Origin: Okamejei kenojei | Lineage: Eukaryota | Reading direction: 5' to 3' | DNA length: 64,000 bases | Assembly (NCBI GenBank): GCA_035221665.1 | Contig: CM069133.1 | Coordinates: 79,856,001-79,920,000 of the forward strand | Shown: piece after piece, positions 57,701-64,000 of the stretch | Layout of the letters: every line of letters begins with the position of its first letter | How positions within the stretch are numbered: position 1 is the stretch's first letter | Program-made: the position numbers and the translations under genes | The notes under the pieces: model-generated | Database searches by the model: none | Told to the model about the DNA's origin: nothing | Seen by the model: only the letters and a program-made list of their open reading frames with translations

Positions 57701-58666
57701 CCCAGCTATGCCTGCCTCTTTGTAAGGTGTGTCAAACAATCACTGTTCCAGGTGTACATGGTCCTATCCCCAAACTCTACCTTCTCTACATTGACGACTG
57801 CATTGGTGCTACCTCCTGTACCCATGCAAAACTCACTGATTTCATCAACTTCATGGCTAATTTCCTTTCTGCACCTAAATTCACGGATCATATCCAACGT
57901 CTCCCTACCATTTCTGGATCTCACCATCCCCATCACAGGAGACAGACCATTGACCGACATCTACTACAAACCTACCATAGCTATCTAAACTACACTTCCT
58001 CCCACCCAGCTTCCGATAAAGACTCTATCTCCTACTCCTAATTCTGTCTATGCTGCATCTGCGCCCAGGATGAGGTTTTCCACACTGGATCATCGGAGAT
58101 GTCCTCATTCTTTAGGAAACGGGGGTTCCCCTCTTCCATTGTAGATGAGGCTCTCACTAGGGTGTCCTCAATATCCCGCAGCTCCGCTCTTGCTCCCCCT
58201 CCCCCTATTCACAACAAGGACAGAGTCCCCCTTGTCCTCACCTTCCACCCCATCAGCCTTCGTATACAGCATATAATCCTCCAACACTTTCACCACCTCC
58301 AACGGGATTCCACTACTGACCACATCCTCCCATCTCCACTCTTTCCCTCTGCAACTCCCTGGTCAACTCGTCCCTTCCCACCCAAACCATCCTCTTCCCA
58401 GGTACTTTCTCCTGCAACTGCAGGAGATGCAACACCTGTCCCTTTATCTCCCCCCCTCGACTCCATCCAAGGACACCGACAGTCTTTTTAGGTGAGGCAG
58501 AGGTTCACTTGCACCTCCTCAATCTCATCTGCTGTAACCTCACCTGTTCCAGGTGTCAACTTCTGTACATCGGCGAGACAAAGCGCAGGCTCAGCGATCA
58601 TTTCGCTGAACACTTCCACTCAGTCTGCCTTAACCTACCTGACCTCCCACTTGCTCAGCACTTTAA

Positions 58667-59448
58667 TGAGCATGTCCCATTTAGGTGATTTTTCAGCGGA
58701 CTGCCGGCGACTGTCAAGTCGCTGGCAGTCGCCTGAAAAACCGGGAACTGGAACGGCAACTGTCAGAGTGGAACACACACACACACACACACATAAACAC
58801 ATCGGAAAGGCGGGGACCAAGGCAAGCAGGGGGGAGTGCTGTCAGAAATTTATACGATGCAAAGCCAAGGTGATACAGACACACACTGTGATGAACAGGA
58901 AGGTTGGCGCTGTAAAAAGACGGCTAGCACAATGTACGGTAAGTCCTTTATAACGGGGGGGGGAGGGGGGAGAGAAGGTGGGAGAAGGAACTTTTAAGAA
59001 GCCAGGCAACTTTTAATAAGCCAGAGATACACAGCTGTGATGTTCGGTGTACATTTAACATCACCGGTCGTTTATCCTTGGTTCTGAAATCTCCCCAATG
59101 AGCCAATGAAAATGACCGGTCAGCAAAGGCGATTAACTAAAACTACCTATGACTACCTCGACTACCTACAACTACATGGCCACCTCACTACAACTGCACC
59201 TACGACCACAGGATTATTGATTATCTCCATGGCGACCAATTTTTCAACATGTTTTCAAGAAAACTTTTCAACGTGTTGAGACATTTGCGGCGACCATACT
59301 GAGGCCGCGACTAGTTCCCAGAATGCAGGAACTCCTCGCGACCATGAAGGAGACTCACCAGAGACCACCAGCGAACGTGTGGCGACCATGTGGCGAGCGC
59401 AGAGTCTCCGGTACTCGCCTAAAAGGTCGCCTAAGTGGGACAGGCCCA
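58667..59448. mobile_element. PIF/Harbinger-type MITE inserted in the PLE GIY-YIG region
   Basis: tgagcatgtcccatttagg / cctaagtgggacaggccca, flanked by TAA and TAT; the PLE resumes ctccccctcccattccc. Confidence 0.82.
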
Positions 59449-59674
59449 TATCTCCCCCTCCCATTCCCAATCTGTCCTGGGCCTCCTCCATTGCAGAGTG
59501 GAGGAACAGCACCTCAGATTTCACTTGGGTAGCTTACACTCCAGCGGTGTGAACATTGACTTCTCTAACTTCAAATAGGCCTTGCTTTCCGTCTCTCTCT
59601 CCATCCCCTTCCCCTTCCCAGTTCTACCGTCTCCGACTACATTCTATCTTTGTCCCGCTTACTCCGCTGACATC

Positions 59675-59709
59675 AATCTGAAGAGGGGTCTCGACCCGAA
59701 ATGTCACCC
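59675..59709 (+). ncRNA. Hammerhead motif in the PLE 3' terminal repeat
   Basis: CUGAAGA G GGGUC UC GACCC GAAA UG UC ACCC, downstream of the PLE stop codon. Confidence 0.65.
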
Positions 59710-59832
59710 ATTCCTTCTCTCCAGAGATGCTGCCTGTCCCGCTGAGTTACTCCAGCATTTAGTGTCTACTTCCAATTTAAACCAATATCTGCAGTTCTTT
59801 CCTACACATCGCATTAACCATTCTGGTTACTA

Positions 59833-60466
59833 TAGACACTCCCCAACTTGCATAAAGGGTTTTGTTCCATGAACCCTAATGTATGTCAGATTTTATGTCG
59901 GAATTACCAACTCTGTGTCTGTTTCCATCCCCTGGCAAAAAAGAACTCATATAGAGTATTAATTGGAATTCAGCAGAAATCCATCTCTGCATGGTTAACA
60001 AATCTCCTCTCCTCGCTCAAACTGCAAGGCAATACCGTTGGGCTAAAGATCGCTGTCACAGCGGCATCCGGCTGTGACCCAGCATCAGCTAATATCTCAA
60101 CACCTTGCCACAGTATCTGTGAAGGAAATGTACATCCACGTCCTCCAGACGCTGCCTGACCCATTGAGTTACTCCAGCACTTTATGTTTTGCTCATGTTA
60201 CTTGTAAACTTGAGATGTGTTTCACTGTTGGGACGCCTTCTGTGGTGCATGGCCTTCTGGGAAGCACTGCCTCTATTGACAGTTTGTTTCCACCCATTGT
60301 CTTGCAATTGTTTAGTCACAAGAAACTACAGTTGTAAACTTGAGTTGATTGTATGGTATTGTGGAAATTACAAACTGCCTTGATTACACGAGGGACTGAG
60401 TACAGAATTGTTTACGTAAGTGTGAGTTCACGTAAATCACCTATTGCGTAAGTCAGGGAGTGTCTG
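59833..60466. mobile_element. Possible decayed Tc1/mariner (Tigger-like) non-autonomous element
   Basis: Ends ta|tagacactccccaactt... and ...gtaagtcagggagtgtctg form imperfect TIRs resembling Tigger CAGGCAGTCCCCGACTTACG. Confidence 0.45.
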
Positions 60467-60504
60467 TGTTTGTATGTGCGCAGAGACCTTTTATGATTTA
60501 AGGT

Positions 60505-60905
60505 CAAAAGTGATAGGAGCAGAATTAGGTCATTCAGCCCATCAAGTCTATTCCACCATTCAATCTTGGCTGATCTATCTCTCCCTCCTGACCCTATTCT
60601 CCTGCCCTCTCCCCATATTCCCTGACACACATATTAATCAAAAATCTTTCTATCTCTGCCTTAAAAGTATCCATTAATGGCCTCCACAACCTTCTATGGC
60701 AAAGATATCCACAGATTCACCACCCTCTAAAGAAATTCAACCTAAAGGAATGTCCTTTAATTCTGAGACTATGACCTCTAGTCCTAGACTCTCCCATGAT
60801 GGAAAACATCCTCTCCACATCCACTCTATCCAAGCCTTTCAGTATTCGGTACGTTTCAATGAGGTCCCCTTCATCCTTCTGAACTCCAGTAAGTAAAGGC
60901 CCAGT
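60505..60905 (-). mobile_element. CR1 3' fragment
   Basis: 'GDLIETYRILKGLDRVDVERMF..MGESRTRGHSLRIKG'. Confidence 0.85.
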
Positions 60906-60993
60906 CATACAATTTGTGTGGGCGGGAGCTCATGCTCGTGTGTTCATTTGGTCACCGAGGAGAGATTTCAGTCTCTAATGGAACTTACTGAAC

Positions 60994-61315
60994 AGGGTTG
61001 GCACAGTGGTGCAGCGGAGGAATTGCTGCTGTACAGCACTAGGGACCCTGGTTTCATCCTGACTACAGGTGTTGTCTGTAGGGAGTTCATACATTTTCCC
61101 CGTGACTGCGTGGGTTTTCTCCCACATGCCAAAGATGTGCAGGTTTGTAGGTTAATTGGCTTCTGTAAATTGCCCCTAATGTGTAGAATGAGAACTGGGA
61201 AAACATAGAATTAGTCTACTGGTGATCTTTGGTCAGCGTGCACTCGGTGAGCTGAAGCGCCTGTTTCCATGCTGTTTCTATAAAAGTAAAACTAAAACTA
61301 AAAATTAAAACTAAA
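60994..61315 (+). mobile_element. tRNA-derived SINE (HE1/V-SINE-like)
   Basis: gggttggcacagtggtgcagcggaggaattgctg...cctgtttccatgctgtttcta followed by (aaact)n. Confidence 0.85.
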
Positions 61316-61819
61316 CACCTATCATTATCCTCAATTTTGTTACCTATTTCTTTAAACCCTTTGAGATATTTATATCAAGCAAATATAAAGCAGCAAGATT
61401 AGTCTGCTGAATATTCATTCAATAGATGTTCATGAAAGTATCTGAACTCCCTTTTCAAGAAACCCTATTGCTTACTTGACACCAAAAAAATGACTTTAAT
61501 ACCTTCAGCAACATGGTTCGATTAACTATTGACCCTAATGTGTAGACAGATGTATCTATGTCTCTCATAATTGTATATATTTTTATCATGAGAGTGTGCA
61601 GCATCATCCATTGCAACACTTGTATGCCCTGCTAATAAGCATGACCTCAGTGCTCACAAGAGCCAATCTCTGGTTAGCAATAAGAGCTGCGAAGCTTTGC
61701 CTTTGAGCGTATCTCAGTCCTATGCCCACAAGCAAGAAATGTCGATTCTTGCAATATTGTGAACAATGCCTGTGCAAAATTATGTACATTTTCAGAAGTG
61801 CTAACAAGAAAAGTAAATG

Positions 61820-62330
61820 AGCAGAAACAAAGAACTGCAGATGCTGGTTTATACCAAAGACCGACAGAGTGCTGGAGTAACTCAGCAGGCCAGGCAGCAT
61901 TTCTGGAGGAAAAGAATAGATGACGTTTCAGGTCGGGACCCTTTTTCAGACTGAATGTAGAGGGGATGTTGAAGAGCTGGAGGTGAGAAAAGTCCAGAAC
62001 CAGGCAGAGCCGTCAGCAAATGACCTTGGGTGCCCTGGTAGGCCCATTGTTGGCTAGGGTAGATGTGATATTGAGAGGAATACAATGTGGTGAACTGTGG
62101 AACTGATTAAATGACTAGGGTGGAGGAAGGGGGCAAGAGGGGAGGAGAGTGTTAGTAGGAGTTGCTAAAAACTAGAGAATTCAATGTTCATACCGCTAGG
62201 TTGTAAGCTACCTAAGCGAAATTTGAGCTGCTGTTCGTCCACTTTGCATGTGGGAAGGGGAGTTAAAATGGTTGGCAATGGGCCTTGGCAGAACGAGTGC
62301 TTCAGCGAAACGGTCGGCGAGTGTACATTT
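61820..62330 (-). mobile_element. PLE 3' end (GIY-YIG tail + terminal repeat)
   Basis: 'LADRFAE', 'IANHFNSPSH', 'EQQLKFRLGSLQPSGMNIEFSSF*'; decayed hammerhead at ~61922-61950. Confidence 0.8.
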
Positions 62331-62334
62331 GAAA

Positions 62335-62911
62335 TATAGAAACATAGAAACATAGAAAATAGATGCAGGAGGAGGCCACTCGGCCCATTGAGTCAACACC
62401 GCCATTCATTGTGATCATGGCTGATCGTCCCCAATCAATAACCCGTGCCTGCCTTCTCCCCATATCCCTTGATTCCACTAACCCCTGGAGCTCTGTCTAA
62501 CTCTCTCTTAAATCCATCCAGTGATTTGGTCTCCACTGCCCTCTGTGGCAGGGAATTCTACAAATTCACTCTCTGGGTGAAAACGTTTTTTCGCACCTCA
62601 GTCTTAAATGGCCTCCCCTTTATTCTAAGACTGTAGCCCCTCGCCCAACATTGGGAACATTTTTCCTACATCTATCTTGTCCAGTCCTTTTATAATTTTA
62701 TATGTTTCTATAAGATTCCCCTTCATCCTTCTAAACTCCAGTGAATACAAGCCTAGTCTTTTCAATCTTTCCTCATATGACAGTCCCGCCTTCCCAGGGA
62801 TCAATCTCGTGAACCTACGCTGCACTGCCTCAATCACAAGGATGTCCTTCCTCAAATTTGGAGACCAAAACTGTACACAATACTCCAGATGTGGTCTTAC
62901 CAGAGCCCTAT
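62335..62911 (-). mobile_element. CR1 3' fragment
   Basis: '[22 protein letters not shown]...[19 protein letters not shown]'; (TTTCTATG)n tail. Confidence 0.92.
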
Positions 62912-63239
62912 GTGTTGTCAATGTATAGGAGCCTACATCTGAGACCCCGGTTACAATATATGAGGTTATAAGAGGTACATGTGGAACCTCTGTCTCACTT
63001 GGAAGGACTTGGGGTTACTGGTGAGGCCAGTGTGAGAAGCATAGACTCTTCCACAGAAGGTACCCAACGGGGTATGAAGGTTAGTGTGCTCTTCTGCTAT
63101 GGTTTTCTATGCACACACTATAAGGTTAGAGCACAGATGGAGACTTATCAGCCCATCATGTCCATGCCAGCCTTCAAGTATCTATCTTTACTAATCCCTT
63201 TGAGGCATGGTACTGTGCCTTCTAATCCTTGCAATTATT

Positions 63240-63705
63240 GAATGACATTGAACTGGAAAAGGTGCAAAAAAGATTTACCAAGATGTTATCAGGTCTGAAG
63301 GATTTGAGTGACAAGGAAAGGCTGGATAAGCTGGCTCAGAGATAACCATAAAGTTTGAAAAAGTTATGAGGGACATAAATAAGGTGAAAAGCAGCAGTCT
63401 GTTCCTCAAGGCAGAGGAGTCTAAACCTAGGGGACAGGTTTAAGGGGAGAGGAGAAAGATATAAAAGGGATTAATGGGCAATATAAATGGGCAATATTTT
63501 TCACACACAGGGTGATAAACACATGCTAAGAGCTGCCAGAGGAAGTGATTGAAGTGGATAGAATAAAGGTACTTAAAAGCCAAGTAAATTGGCAGGAAAG
63601 ATTAGGAGGGATATGGGTCAGGTGCAGGCAAATAGGAATAGCTCGGTTAAGGAACATGGATGAGTTTTGCCAAAGGGCCTGTTTCCGCACAATATACCTC
63701 TATAT
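63240..63705 (+). mobile_element. Decayed CR1 3' fragment
   Basis: ctggaaaaggtgcaaaaaagatttaccaagatgtt...ttcacacacagggtg...aagggcctgtttccgc. Confidence 0.7.
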
Positions 63706-64000
63706 GATTTTCATTCAAGTGTTCATTGGCATGCTTCTTTAATGTTGTGAGACTACCAGTCTCCACCACCCACTCAGGCATGATGCATGGACTCCAGGTT
63801 CTCAGTATGCCTCGAATGCTCAATCCCCTCAGGACCAGAGTAGAAACAAGTCATCCATCACGTTAAGGAATTTTCCAAAGAAGAAAACTTTTAACAAGTA
63901 CTTCATTGGTTGCTTAGCATTTGGCATCAGAAACAGATAAATATGTATGCATGGAGATGCAAGAGACTGCTGATGCAGCAATATTGAGCAATGAACAAAC

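Larger units (their letters stand above)
57175..59808 (+). mobile_element. Penelope-like element remnant (RT + GIY-YIG + terminal repeat)
   Basis: 'IHKQECPDRPIVSACSCPT', 'SLYTSIPHQEG', 'GIAMGTCMDPSYACLFV', 'LYIDDCIG', 'LPFLDL', 'TDIYYKPT', 'RVPLVLTFHP', 'QRFTCTSS', 'LYIGETKRRLSDHFAEH'; many frameshifts; inverted terminal stub at 57175-57205. Confidence 0.92.

Noticed and set aside
1-64000. Short ORFs in the six-frame track as host genes
   Set aside because: Recognisable peptides are all TE-derived; recurring ones such as 'SRDAACPAELLQHF' and 'SPEMLPDPL' are translations of the non-coding PLE terminal unit.

Overview
Eukaryotic, repeat-dominated intronic or intergenic DNA. The repeat families point to a cartilaginous fish, most likely a skate or ray; this rests on recognising HE1/V-SINE-like SINEs and CR1 3' ends with (TTTCTATG)n or (CTAAA)n tails, not on a database search. 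No host protein-coding gene is recognisable, and nearly all short ORFs in the track are spurious or TE remnants. The window holds CR1, Rex1/Babar, L1 and other LINE fragments, about ten tRNA-derived SINEs, an internally deleted Gypsy element with both LTRs and a TSD (27254-29947), a second Gypsy pol remnant, seven PIF/Harbinger-type MITEs and a decayed Penelope-like element (PLE; RT + GIY-YIG, 57175-59808). The most striking signal is roughly 35-40 short PLE-terminal units (counted by eye). Each carries an intact or decayed minimal hammerhead ribozyme motif, CUGAnGA-A-[GGGUC UC GACCC]-GAAAC-GUH. Several are 95-135 bp TSD-flanked insertions that begin at the ribozyme core, and several are back-to-back palindromes, one with its own TSD. 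Boundaries of decayed repeats are approximate.
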